Assembly (NCBI GenBank): GCA_963794325.1
Contig: CAWCDG010000002.1
Coordinates: forward strand, 96,001-160,000
Length of the DNA: 64,000 bases
From: an uncultured delta proteobacterium
GTDB taxonomy: Bacteria; Desulfobacterota; Binatia; Binatales; Binataceae
Direction of reading: 5' to 3'
Shown here: positions 29,534 to 39,274 of the stretch, one piece after another
Numbering within the stretch: position 1 is the first letter of the stretch
How the letters are laid out: each line of letters begins with the position of its first letter
Program-made: the position numbers and the translations under genes
Notes under the pieces: generated by a model
What the model was told of the DNA's origin: nothing
Database searches by the model: none
What the model saw: the letters and a program-made list of their open reading frames with translations, nothing else

Positions 29534-30411
29534 TGGCGGCCGGCGTCCTCAGCGGTCTTCATGGCGAGAGCAGTTATCGCTATCGCAAATTCAAGAGCGA
29601 CGCGATGATGGCGGTCACGGTCGGCGCGACGATCGTGACGTTGATTCCGCTGTTTCTGGTGCTCGGATATTTGCTCACCAAAGGGTTCGCGAGTTTGAAC
29701 TGGGCGTTCTTTACGCATATGCCCGCGCCGGTCGGAGAAAAGGGCGGCGGCATGGCCAACGCGATCGTCGGCACGCTGGAAGTAGTTGGTATCGCGTGCC
29801 TGATTGGAGTGCCTATCGGGGTTGGCGCGGGACTTTACCTGGCGGCGAATCGCGCGAGTCAGTTTACGAATTGGGTGCGATTTTCGGCGGACGTGCTGAT
29901 GGGTGTGCCGTCGATCGTGGTCGGAATTTTCGCATACGCGGTGATCGTGCGTCCGTTCGGCGGATTCTCGACGCTGGCCGGCAGCGTCGCGCTGGCGGCG
30001 ATTATGATTCCGCTGGTCACGCGCACCACAGAAGAGATGGTGCTGCTGGTGCCGCCGGAGCTGCGCGAGGCGTCATTGGCGCTCGGCGTGCCGCATTGGC
30101 GCACGACATTGTCGGTGGTCGCGCGCACGGCGCTTTCGGGAATCACCACCGGCGTCATCCTGGCGGTCGCGCGAGTCTCGGGCGAGACGGCGCCGCTGCT
30201 GTTCACCGCGTTCGGCAATCGGTTCTGGTCCACCTCGCTGTTCCATCCGATAAATACCTTGACGGTGCAGGTTTACACTTATGCGATTTCGCCGTTTGCT
30301 GATTGGCAGCGGCAGGCGTGGGCGGGTGCGCTGGTGCTGACGGCGATAATTCTCGCGCTCGAATTGGGCGTGCGATGGGTGACGGGCGGGGCGGCGAAAG
30401 CGCCAAGGTAG
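29533..30411 (+). CDS. pstA: Phosphate ABC transporter permease PstA
   Basis: [40 protein letters not shown]. Confidence 0.96.
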   Translation: MAAGVLSGLHGESSYRYRKFKSDAMMAVTVGATIVTLIPLFLVLGYLLTKGFASLNWAFFTHMPAPVGEKGGGMANAIVGTLEVVGIACLIGVPIGVGAGLYLAANRASQFTNWVRFSADVLMGVPSIVVGIFAYAVIVRPFGGFSTLAGSVALAAIMIPLVTRTTEEMVLLVPPELREASLALGVPHWRTTLSVVARTALSGITTGVILAVARVSGETAPLLFTAFGNRFWSTSLFHPINTLTVQVYTYAISPFADWQRQAWAGALVLTAIILALELGVRWVTGGAAKAPR

Positions 30412-30413
30412 CC

Positions 30414-31175
30414 ATGGCCGAAAAGCTGGTCGTCAAAAATCTCAACGCGTACTTCCACAAGAATCGCGCGCTCAAGGACGTCAGCCTGTCGTTCGAGCAG
30501 GATCGGATTGCGGCGATAATCGGGCCGTCGGGATGCGGCAAATCGACGCTGGTGCGATGTCTCAACCGGATGCATGAGGTGGTGCCCGGCGCGACTGCGA
30601 CCGGCGAAGTGCTGCTCGACGGGAATAACATTTACGATGACGACGTCGATCCGGTGCAGGTGCGCCGGCGGATCGGGATGGTGTTTCAGAAGCCGACGCC
30701 GTTTCCAACCATGTCGATCGAGGACAACGTCGCGGCGGGGCTGACGCTCAACGGGGTCGCGGTAAGCCGCGCCGAGCGCGACTCGATAATCGAGCGAAGT
30801 CTGCGCCAGGCGGCGCTGTGGGACGAGGTCAAGGATCGCTTGCGGCGACCGGGCGGCAGTTTGTCGGGTGGACAGCAGCAGCGCTTGTGCGTCGCGCGGG
30901 CGCTGGCGGTTCAGCCGGAGGTGCTGTTGATGGACGAGCCGTGCTCGGCGCTCGATCCGATTTCGACCGCGCGCATCGAAGAACTATTGCTCGAACTGAA
31001 GTCGGCGTACACTATCGTCATCGTGACGCACAACATGCAGCAAGCCGCGCGCTGCTCCGACATGACCGCCTTCATGTACACCGGCGACCTGGTCGAATAC
31101 GGCGAGACCAAGCAGATATTCACGAACCCCACCCGGCGCGAGACTGAGGACTATATCACCGGGCGATTCGGCTGA
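30414..31175 (+). CDS. pstB: Phosphate ABC transporter ATPase PstB
   Basis: [34 protein letters not shown]. Confidence 0.97.
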   Translation: MAEKLVVKNLNAYFHKNRALKDVSLSFEQDRIAAIIGPSGCGKSTLVRCLNRMHEVVPGATATGEVLLDGNNIYDDDVDPVQVRRRIGMVFQKPTPFPTMSIEDNVAAGLTLNGVAVSRAERDSIIERSLRQAALWDEVKDRLRRPGGSLSGGQQQRLCVARALAVQPEVLLMDEPCSALDPISTARIEELLLELKSAYTIVIVTHNMQQAARCSDMTAFMYTGDLVEYGETKQIFTNPTRRETEDYITGRFG

Positions 31176-31191
31176 TATCGGGAAGTGTCAA

Positions 31192-31887
31192 ATGGATAAT
31201 ACACAGCCGCAGCATACGAACAGGCAGTACGAAGAGGATTTGCGCGGCCTGCGCGCCGGTCTGCTCAAGATGGGCGGGCTGGTCGAGCGGCAAATCGCGG
31301 AGGCGGTCGATGCGCTGGTGAATCGCGACAGCGACCATGCGCGCGAAGTAATCCAGCGCGACGAAGAAGTGAATCGGATGGACAACGATAACGACGAGCA
31401 GTGTATCCGGCTGCTCGCACTGCATCAGCCGACCGCCAGCGACCTGCGCTTTATCACGACGGGACTGAAAATCACCACTGACCTCGAACGAATCGGCGAC
31501 AACGCGGTCAATATCTGCGAGCGCACGCTGGAGCTGAACGAAGTGCCGCAACTGAAGCCCTACATCGACTTGCCGCGGATGGCGGAGATTGCGCAGTCGA
31601 TGGTCAAGGACAGTATCGACGCGTTCATGCGCGACGACACCGACCTGGCCGACCAGGTGATCGCGCGCGACGACGAAGTCGATTTGCTCAACTACCAGGT
31701 GTATCGCGAGCTGCTGAGCTACATGGCCGAGGATCCGCATACGATCGCGTCGGCGACGCGGCTGCTGTTCGTGTCGAAGTACCTCGAGCGGATCGCCGAT
31801 CACGCGACCAATATCGCGGAGATGGTGACGTTCATGGTCAAGGGCAAGATGATCCGTCACGTGGAAACCAAGAAGCGGGGAACCTGA
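31192..31887 (+). CDS. phoU: Phosphate signalling protein PhoU
   Basis: QPTASDLR, DLERIGD, YLERIADHATNIAE. Confidence 0.97.
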   Translation: MDNTQPQHTNRQYEEDLRGLRAGLLKMGGLVERQIAEAVDALVNRDSDHAREVIQRDEEVNRMDNDNDEQCIRLLALHQPTASDLRFITTGLKITTDLERIGDNAVNICERTLELNEVPQLKPYIDLPRMAEIAQSMVKDSIDAFMRDDTDLADQVIARDDEVDLLNYQVYRELLSYMAEDPHTIASATRLLFVSKYLERIADHATNIAEMVTFMVKGKMIRHVETKKRGT

Positions 31888-31912
31888 TTTATAAGGTGGA
31901 GGGGGAGCAGCG

Positions 31913-32677
31913 ATGAATCAAACCAGCCAGCAGGCGACAAACGCAATGTCGGAAGCGCAACGCGGACTTCGGTACCGCGTGCTGATCGTCGAGGACGACG
32001 CCGATATCCGCGAGCTGATCCGCTACAACCTCGCGCAGGAAGGCTTCGTCGTCGAGGAAGCAGTCGACGGCGTGCAGGCGCTCGACAAGGTCAAGCGGCG
32101 GGTGCCCGATCTGATGGTGCTCGACCTGATGCTGCCGGGGATGCCGGGCTTGCAGGTATGCCGCCAGATGCGCGCCGAGCGCGAAACGGCGCATCTGCCG
32201 ATTCTGATCGTGACGGCCAAGGGCACCGAGGTGGACAAGGTGCTGGGGCTGGAGATGGGCGCCGACGATTACGTCGTGAAGCCGTTCAGTCCGCGCGAGC
32301 TGGTGGCGCGCGTCAAGGCGTTGCTGCGTCGCGCGAATCCGCTCTCAGAGCCGGACTCCGGCGGCGGCGCGTACGAGAAGGGACGCCTGCGGATGGACTT
32401 CGGCACCTACCAGGTATTCGTCGAGGACGCGCGCAGAGAGCTTGCGCTACGGGAGTTCGAACTGCTGAAATTTTTTGTGCAACATCCGATGCGAGTCTAT
32501 ACGCGCGAACAACTGCTCGACATGGTGTGGGGGCGCGACACGTTCGTCGAACCGCGGACCGTCGACGTGCACGTGCGCCGCTTGCGCCAGCATATCGAGC
32601 GCGATGACGCCAATCCGGAATTGATCCTCACGGTGCGAAGCGTGGGCTATCGCTTCAACCCCGAAGCGCTTGGATAG
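31913..32677 (+). CDS. phoB: Response regulator PhoB (OmpR family)
   Basis: REC plus winged helix; GADDYVVKPFSPREL, RTVDVHVRRLR; operon context. Confidence 0.9.
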   Translation: MNQTSQQATNAMSEAQRGLRYRVLIVEDDADIRELIRYNLAQEGFVVEEAVDGVQALDKVKRRVPDLMVLDLMLPGMPGLQVCRQMRAERETAHLPILIVTAKGTEVDKVLGLEMGADDYVVKPFSPRELVARVKALLRRANPLSEPDSGGGAYEKGRLRMDFGTYQVFVEDARRELALREFELLKFFVQHPMRVYTREQLLDMVWGRDTFVEPRTVDVHVRRLRQHIERDDANPELILTVRSVGYRFNPEALG

Positions 32678-34073
32678 ATCGCCGACCGCCGGGTTGATCG
32701 CAGCGATAGGAATCGGTCTCGCACCGGCATCAATATTACTAGTAGTGCTAGCCGCCACCGGGGCCGCATCGCCGGTCTGGGTGGTGGTCGTGATCGTGCT
32801 CGGACTTGCGTTGGGCGCGATTCCCGCTCGCATTATCGGACGATCGCTGATGCGTCGTGCAGAAAGACTCGATGCGGTCGCGTCCGCGCTGCAAGAGAGG
32901 CGTCCGCCACCGCATCTGCTGCCCGAAGGAGACGATGCGATGGGCCGGGCGGAGCGCCATCTGCTGGACTCCGCCGACGCGATCGTCGCCGACGTGGACT
33001 CGCTCGCCGAGCAACGCGATGAGTTCGAGGCGATCCTGCGGAACATGGCTGAGGCGGTGGTCGTCACCGGTGCGCGCGGCGAGGTGATCCTGCTCAACGG
33101 CGCGGCGCGGCGTATCTTCGCTCTGGGAGCCGATACGGACTATCGCGATCGGCCGTTCGTCGAATTGTGCCGCGACCCGCGCCTGCAGGAATTCGCGGGG
33201 CGATCGATGCGATCCGCCGCCAACGAGGTCACTATCGCGGAGATCATGATCCAGAATCCGGCGCCACTCCACGTCAGCGCGAGCGCCGCGCAGATTCGCA
33301 CCTCGCGCGGCGCCGCATGGGTGTTCGTCTTTCACGACATCACGCAGCTCAAGTCGTACGAGACGCTGCGCGCGGACTTTATTTCGAATCTCACGCATGA
33401 GCTGCGCACCCCGCTGAGCGCGTTGTATGGGTATGCCGAGACGCTCATCCAGGGCGTGGACGATCGCGAGACGCAGACGCGGTTTCTCGGAATAATCGAG
33501 CGGCAGGCGCGACGGCTTGCGCGGTTGCTCGACGACCTAGTCTCGCTGTCGGATTTGGAGCGCGGGCTGACGCCATTGAAGATCGAACAGCTCGAGCCGT
33601 CGCGCGTCTTGTCAGAGGCGGCGGAACTGATGCAGGAGCAGGCAGGACGCCGCGGCCTGCGCCTGTCAGTAAACTGCCCGGACGGATTGCCGAAGGTAGC
33701 CGGCGATCGCGACCGGCTGCATCAGGTGATGCTCAACTTGATCGATAACGCGATCAAATACACGCCGCGCGAAGGGCGCGTCACAGTCGAGGCGCGCGAA
33801 GCGTCCGAGTCCAACGGAGCCGGCGCAAAGCCGGGCGTCGCGCTGGTGGTGGTGGATACCGGGGAGGGAATTCCGGCGGCGGATATCCCGCGGCTGACGG
33901 AGCGATTTTATCGCGTCGATCGCGCGCGCTCGCGCGAGCTGGGCGGCACGGGACTGGGGCTGGCGATCGTCAAGCATATCGTGCAGTTGCATCATGGGGC
34001 GCTGAGGATCGAGAGCAAGGTGCATGAGGGGACAACGGTGTCGGTGTGGATCCCGGCGGCCGCGCAGAGTTGA
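32670..34073 (+). CDS. phoR: Sensor histidine kinase PhoR
   Basis: TM, PAS, HELRTPL, NLIDNAIKY, ERFYRVDRARSRELGGTGLGLAIVKH. Confidence 0.92.
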   Translation: MDRSPTAGLIAAIGIGLAPASILLVVLAATGAASPVWVVVVIVLGLALGAIPARIIGRSLMRRAERLDAVASALQERRPPPHLLPEGDDAMGRAERHLLDSADAIVADVDSLAEQRDEFEAILRNMAEAVVVTGARGEVILLNGAARRIFALGADTDYRDRPFVELCRDPRLQEFAGRSMRSAANEVTIAEIMIQNPAPLHVSASAAQIRTSRGAAWVFVFHDITQLKSYETLRADFISNLTHELRTPLSALYGYAETLIQGVDDRETQTRFLGIIERQARRLARLLDDLVSLSDLERGLTPLKIEQLEPSRVLSEAAELMQEQAGRRGLRLSVNCPDGLPKVAGDRDRLHQVMLNLIDNAIKYTPREGRVTVEAREASESNGAGAKPGVALVVVDTGEGIPAADIPRLTERFYRVDRARSRELGGTGLGLAIVKHIVQLHHGALRIESKVHEGTTVSVWIPAAAQS

Positions 34074-34114
34074 ATCGAAGAAAGGAAAAAAAGATTAATC
34101 ACCTCCGCAGTGGG

Positions 34115-34200
34115 CGGCAGGGGTGACCTCCTTCGGCTTCGCTCAGGACAGGCTCTGCACCCAGTGTCCGGAAAACGAACAGGCGCTGCGCGCCTGTTCG
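34115..34200 (+). repeat. Partial core A element interrupted by a 24-bp mini-repeat
   Basis: cggcaggggtgacc[tccttcggcttcgctcaggacaggc]tctgcacccagtg. Confidence 0.75.
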
Positions 34201-34265
34201 AAAAAGTTCAAATGGCAGGACGAAAAGAGACTGGACATAGGTGCGGGAATTTTGTATGAAATAAC

Positions 34266-34353
34266 TACCTACAGTAGAAACTGGCTGGTTTGTACTTCTC
34301 CAGACCAGTCAGTTGCGGGCCAGCGGAACTTCTCCCGCTGGCCCGATTTTTTT
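34266..34353 (+). ncRNA. Candidate small RNA with twin hairpins, both with an (U/A)ACUUCUC loop
   Basis: Stem 34279-34292/34301-34314 (14 bp, 2 GU pairs), stem 34316-34326/34335-34345 (11 bp) plus T-tract; TGGACA-17-TATGAA upstream. Confidence 0.55.
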
Positions 34354-34413
34354 CGGTCAAAACCGAGCGGCTTGCTCGCGAGGCTGTGATGTGAAAATTT
34401 CTAGGGTTCGGAT

Positions 34414-34490
34414 GCGCCATTAGCTCAGTGGATTAGAGCGGATGACTACGGATCATCAGGTCGGGGGTTCAAGTCCCTCATGGCGCACCA
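34414..34490 (+). tRNA. tRNA-Arg(ACG)
   Basis: Acceptor GCGCCAT/ATGGCGC, anticodon arm GATGA-ctACGga-TCATC, GGTTCAAGTCC T-arm, encoded CCA. Confidence 0.97.
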
Positions 34491-34604
34491 AATTCCCCAT
34501 TGATTTCAAAGCTTCTGCGAATCGTGTGGCGACGCACCTGCGGATTATGAATGTCTTATGAATGAATTCGCGCAGGCCAAGAAAAGCCCGCGCGGTGTAC
34601 TCAT

Positions 34605-35267
34605 TCAAGATGCGCCACGTAATACAGCGAATGGAAATTGGATTAACCTGATCATCAGGTGCAATACCTGTTCCCATCTGCCGCCGTCGAGCTGCTCGGG
34701 GATAGTGATGGCACATTTGGCACCGCACACGGGGCAGGCGAAGGAAAGTGGGATAGTATTGTCGATCTTGAGGTCAACAACGAGCTTGCCGGACGTGATA
34801 TCCTCCTGCAAAGCGCCCTCATAGTGCGCTGTGATGGAGTCGCCCCACGGCCAGGTGCAGTGGTTGGAACCGAACGGATCAGTCGAGGTGCAGCCCCGAT
34901 CGAAGGTGAGTTCCCCAGTTGCATGCTGAATAGTGTTCACAGTGCGGTCGAAAGAAACACCGGTAAGATCGGCTTCCGCGTCGGTGGAGATTTTGAAAAT
35001 TACGCCACCGCTTTGGTCAGCGACCTGGACAGTACCCGTAACAGAGACTGCGGATAGTTCGCCGCTTTCGACAATGCCCAGGGGATTCATATCGGGGAGG
35101 GTGAAGTCTGTGAAGGTGGAGGGAACGATTGTAGCCGCGATCGGGCAAGCAGGCATGGCGAAGGTCAAGGTCTTGGTAATTTTGTCCTTGGGCGGTGCGC
35201 CATATATCGCCCCCGCCCACAGCAATGTAGCGCACAGTGCAACAAGCGTCAGGCTTCTTTTTCTCAT
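34605..35267 (-). CDS. Secreted Cys-containing beta-rich protein, possibly ML/NPC2-like
   Basis: Signal peptide MRKRSLTLVALCATLLWAGA; motifs MPACPI and CPVCGAKC. Confidence 0.6.
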   Translation of the reverse strand: MRKRSLTLVALCATLLWAGAIYGAPPKDKITKTLTFAMPACPIAATIVPSTFTDFTLPDMNPLGIVESGELSAVSVTGTVQVADQSGGVIFKISTDAEADLTGVSFDRTVNTIQHATGELTFDRGCTSTDPFGSNHCTWPWGDSITAHYEGALQEDITSGKLVVDLKIDNTIPLSFACPVCGAKCAITIPEQLDGGRWEQVLHLMIRLIQFPFAVLRGAS

Positions 35268-35433
35268 TATCTCTCCGCCCTTGGAATTCACGCGTGGATT
35301 TAGCCATGAACGATAGCACAGGCGTGAAGATTGTTAAAATGCAACGCTAAGGTCGGCGATATTGGGAGTTCTGGAGTCCTGTAATCTTTAGCCAGCAAAA
35401 GGTCCGCTTTGCCGGCCTCGGTCGCTGGCCAAG

Positions 35434-35469
35434 AAAAGCCCGCGCGGTTGATGTGCCCGCGCGGGCTTC
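35434..35469. terminator. Hairpin aagcccgcgcgg/ccgcgcgggctt; its left arm is duplicated at 34575-34596
   Basis: Perfect 12-bp inverted repeat. Confidence 0.5.
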
Positions 35470-35512
35470 ATCGGTGCGATCGAGGCCGAGCTAAGCAGCG
35501 GGCCGCCGCCAA

Positions 35513-35543
35513 GTCGGGGGTTCAAGTCCCTCATGGCGCACCA
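35513..35543 (+). repeat. tRNA-Arg 3'-end copy 2 (att-like)
   Basis: gtcgggggttcaagtccctcatggcgcacca, identical to the tRNA 3' end. Confidence 0.95.
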
Positions 35544-35833
35544 TTCTTTCTCCACAGACTTCGGAAATTGTCTCAGTCTGGGCTTGGTCCGGATCCTAAC
35601 CTCTCCTTGTCCGAGAGAGCTTTGCATAGCGCGGTTAGGCTTTCTTCCCCTCTCCCTGTTAGGGAGAGGATCAAGGTGAGGGTCCGATTACAGCGCGCCG
35701 TTTCGCGCGCGATTCAAGATTCTGCTCCTTGATTCTGTCCACCGAGGTTGCGCAAAGCTCTCTTGTCCGAGGTGAGCCGAAGAGTGAGTCGGACTATTTG
35801 TCGGTAATGCGGCGGTTTGCTAACTGAACGTCG

Positions 35834-36160
35834 ATGAACCCACGCCACGCCGCCGCTCTTGCGCTTGTGGGATGGTATCTGATGGTGCCGCCGAACAAGA
35901 GAGAAGATGCGCCGCTCAGTGAATGGACCATTTCGCGTTCTTATGATTCAGCAGAAGCGTGCCAATCTGCGCAGAACAAAAACAGAGATCAAGCCGCCGC
36001 GAAACAGAAGCAATACGACAGCATGACAGACCAGCAGCGACGTAATCTTGAACATAACCAACAGGCATTTGATCAAGAGACGAACGACAGAGATAACTTT
36101 GATGCGGCTTTTCAGTCAGCCTGTATCGCGAGCGACGATCCGCGACTCAAGGAAAAGTAG
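35834..36160 (+). CDS. Small hypothetical protein of the 'RHAAALALVGWYLMVPP...CIASDDPRLKEK' type
   Basis: 108-aa ORF, hydrophobic N-terminus, two Cys. Confidence 0.75.
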   Translation: MNPRHAAALALVGWYLMVPPNKREDAPLSEWTISRSYDSAEACQSAQNKNRDQAAAKQKQYDSMTDQQRRNLEHNQQAFDQETNDRDNFDAAFQSACIASDDPRLKEK

Positions 36161-36245
36161 GATGAGACCTTCACGGGATGCCGCGCTCGCGAGTTCTGAC
36201 GCTTTCTTTCGCGTATGGCTTAGATGAGATGGAGGTCAAAGAGCC

Positions 36246-36656
36246 TTGGGTGCGATAGTAACCGGAATACTCAGCGGCGTTCTCAGTAGCCTTCTCACCA
36301 TTTACCTGGCGCCGCGTGCGCGCCACGCCTTTTGGTCGCGAGAACGAATAACTGAACTAAGGCTCGCTACCTACGATAAGGTCAACGAGATCACCGCTGC
36401 TCTCTACGTGCGAGAACCCGCCGATTCGCGGCTTGTTCCGTTCGGAGTCGACGCTGACCTAAAGGAGCTACATACTTCCTTTATGACCGCACACAATGAG
36501 GTGAGGAATCGATTTTCCGAGACGGCTCTGCGCGCCTACGAGAAGCTCCAAGTCCTTGTCGAAGCGAACGGCATCGTCCGGGCGAACCGAACGTCCTATT
36601 CGGTAGCCAGAGATGCAGTCTTACGCCAGCTTCATAGCGAGTCGGTCGCCTTTTGA
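36246..36656 (+). CDS. Hypothetical protein with N-terminal TM anchor
   Basis: GGAGG RBS; AIVTGILSGVLSSLLTIYL followed by a helical domain. Confidence 0.6.
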   Translation: MGAIVTGILSGVLSSLLTIYLAPRARHAFWSRERITELRLATYDKVNEITAALYVREPADSRLVPFGVDADLKELHTSFMTAHNEVRNRFSETALRAYEKLQVLVEANGIVRANRTSYSVARDAVLRQLHSESVAF

Positions 36657-36769
36657 GCGGAACCGCGCGGTCACCTTCGGGGATCTCTGCCGCCCACCAC
36701 GCAATGCCCGTGCGCGTGAAACATGGCTTGCGCAACGAACTGGTGGTTACGGTCGGATACCGAGCGCTT

Positions 36770-37335
36770 ACGCTTCGCGAAAACGCCTTGAGAACATTGA
36801 CCGAAAGCGGCTGTGCGCAGCCGAAGTCATAAGCGGAATCTAACTACGGATCATCAGGTCGGGGGTTCAAGTCCCTCATGGCGCACCATCCTGTTTCGTT
36901 GAATTAAGATAAATCGGACTCGCCGTCTGATTCCCTCGCCCCACGTGGGGAGAGGGTTAGGGTCAGGGACATTTGTGCGGCGCGGATGTTTGTTGCTCCG
37001 TACATTCTCAATCCGGAATCCGAACGTGTTGTCCCTCACCCGCCACGCGAGGACGCGCGGCGGCCTCCCCCCTCGTGGGGGAGGCGAGATTCTTTGCCGC
37101 AGCGGTTCTGAATGACACGGAGACGCGTGTTGCTTGGATGCATCGGAATGTGCGGCGCAGGACAATTGCCGCACAGTTGTCCGCCGCCCTAACCCTCCTC
37201 CCATATGGAGGAGGGAACCGGATTGGTGCTCGACTGTGTGTGCGGGGTGGCGTAACGATCGAGCGACCGGAGGAGCATTCTCGAATGGCGGCTGTACTTG
37301 ATTTTTCGAAGGCTTATCGTGTTGACCATGGGCGA
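36770..37335 (+). repeat. Segmental repeat: tRNA 3' copy 3 (36843-36888), palindromes, ppk2 5' stub
   Basis: Colinear diverged match to 38583-39050. Confidence 0.9.
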
Positions 37336-37428
37336 GTAGCGCTCGTCCTCGCCGGCTCGGCTTGTGTTAGACGCGCCCGCGATATACACGGTGAGCATTC
37401 CGGTACGCATTCCGAGGAAGGAGCTTAC

Positions 37429-38431
37429 ATGCAGATGATTCGCGACCTCACTGGACGAGGTCGTCTTCTGACAGCGGTCATTGTGTTTCTAATGTTGATT
37501 TGCGGGACGCCGTCGCACGCATGGTGCGGAAGCGCGAACCTGTGGATTTCATTCAGCGGCACCGGCATCTATTCATACACATCAAAACGACTCAAGAAGA
37601 GCGGGATGCCGTCGCCAATTCATCTGAGCACGTTTAATTACGTTTCAGGACTTGCCTTCGACAAGTCCAATAACGTTTGGGTGGTTGTCGATAACAACGA
37701 GGTGGTGGAATTTACTGCCGCGCAACTCAAGAACCTGAAAAGCAATCCAAGCCCGACGCCCTCGGTGGTCATTACAGGTACGTCTACGTTCAAGAGTATC
37801 GATGGCTGCAACTTCGACCAGCACGGTAACCTCTGGGTGGTAGACGACTTCGGCCCCTCGATCGATCAGCTGTCCCAGGCACAGCTGGCTGCTGGCAGCG
37901 GAAATGTAACGCCCGCCATAGTCATCACATTCCGCTGATCTGGATGGCCCATCCTTTGTGACGTTCGACAAAGGCGGGAATGCGTGGGTAGATAGTTCGG
38001 GCAATGACAAGATAGCCGAATTCTCCGCCAGCCAACTGACGAGCGGCGGCAGCAAGCCGGCCAATGTAGTGCTGTCCGATGACGGCAGCGGTACCAGCCT
38101 TAACGAGCCAGGCGAGATCGCGTTCGACAAGAACGGCAACCTTTGGGTCCCAAGCTATGGCTCGAACACGGTCGTAAAGTATGCGAAGAGTCAACTGACC
38201 AGCTCCGGCAGCCCCGCTCCGACAGTGAAGTTGAGCAGCGCCATTTTTAACGGACCATGGGGCGCGGCATTCTCGAGCAAAGGCGGTCTGGCGATCGTGA
38301 ACTACAGCGACGGAACGATCGCCGCGTTCTCGTCCAAGCAATTGAAGGCAAGCGGCGCCCCTGTTCCAAAAGCCTCAGTGACGGGTAACGGTACCGACAG
38401 CTCCCAGATTGTCTTCGGGCCGGCTTCGTAG
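37429..38431 (+). CDS. Secreted NHL/SMP-30-like beta-propeller repeat protein (+1 frameshift near 37930)
   Basis: Signal peptide; repeated (G)LAFDKxGNLWV units across ORFs 36973..37938 and 37958..38431. Confidence 0.75.
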
Positions 38432-38582
38432 CGATACCGCGGGCCGGCACGTTCGCCAGGTTGAACTGAGCGCGCGGCACTGCCAAATCGTCATCAAGCG
38501 CGAGCGCGTCGGAACGAGCAGACGCTGTCGCTATGATCGAACTATGATCAAACGCTCGGCTGCTGGCGAATATTCAGGGCAT

Positions 38583-39050
38583 ACGCTTCGCGGAAAGTCT
38601 CGAAAATATTGACCGAAAGCAACCGAGAGCAAACGAAGTCATAGGCGGAATCTGATTACGGTCATCAGGTCGGCGGTTCAAGTCCCGCGTGGCGCACCAT
38701 TCCGTTTCGTTGAATTCAAGAACAAATGCGGCCTCGCCGTCTGATTCCCTCGGCCCAGGTGGGGAGAGGGTTAGGGTGAGGGACATCTCTGCGGCGCGGA
38801 TGTCCGTTGCGCCGCAGATTTGGAATTTTCGGAAATTTTGGTCCCTCACCCGCCGCGCGAGGACGCGCGGCGGCCTCTCCCCTCGACGGGCGAGGCAAGA
38901 TCCATTCGCCCTCCAAGGCTCGCGTTCGGATTGACCCAGTGGCTCGACTGTCGAATGCGGGGTGGTGTAACGATCGAGCGAACCGGAGGAGCATCTATCG
39001 ATGGCAGCTGTGTCTGATTTCTCGAAGCCGTACCGGGTTGACCATGGGCG
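38583..39050 (+). repeat. Segmental repeat: degenerate tRNA 3' copy 4 (~38654-38699), palindromes, ppk2 5' end
   Basis: ttacggtcatcaggtcggcggttcaagtcccgcgtggcgcacca with flanks shared with copy 3. Confidence 0.9.
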
Positions 39051-39195
39051 GAAGTTTCGGTTGAAGGATTTCGATCCTGGCGATACCAGCGGGGTCGAAT
39101 CGAAAAAGCATGGCGCAGAGGAATTGCCGCGCGGGATCGAGCGGCTGATCGAATTGCAGGACAAGCTCTACGCGCAGGAAGGCAATCATCACTGA
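39001..39195 (+). pseudogene. N-terminal fragment of a polyphosphate kinase 2 family protein
   Basis: YRVDHGRKFRLKDFDPGDT...LIELQDKLYAQ is typical of the PPK2 class III N-terminus; stops before Walker A. Confidence 0.75.
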
Positions 39196-39274
39196 CGCCG
39201 GCGCATCGGGCGCGGGCGAATCGCGCGAGTCGATTCCGTCGCTCGACCTGTTCGATTCATCGCGAGCGTGGAGG

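Noticed and set aside
35513-38699. Additional tRNA genes
   Set aside because: Only 3' parts are present; the 5' acceptor strand and D-arm are missing.
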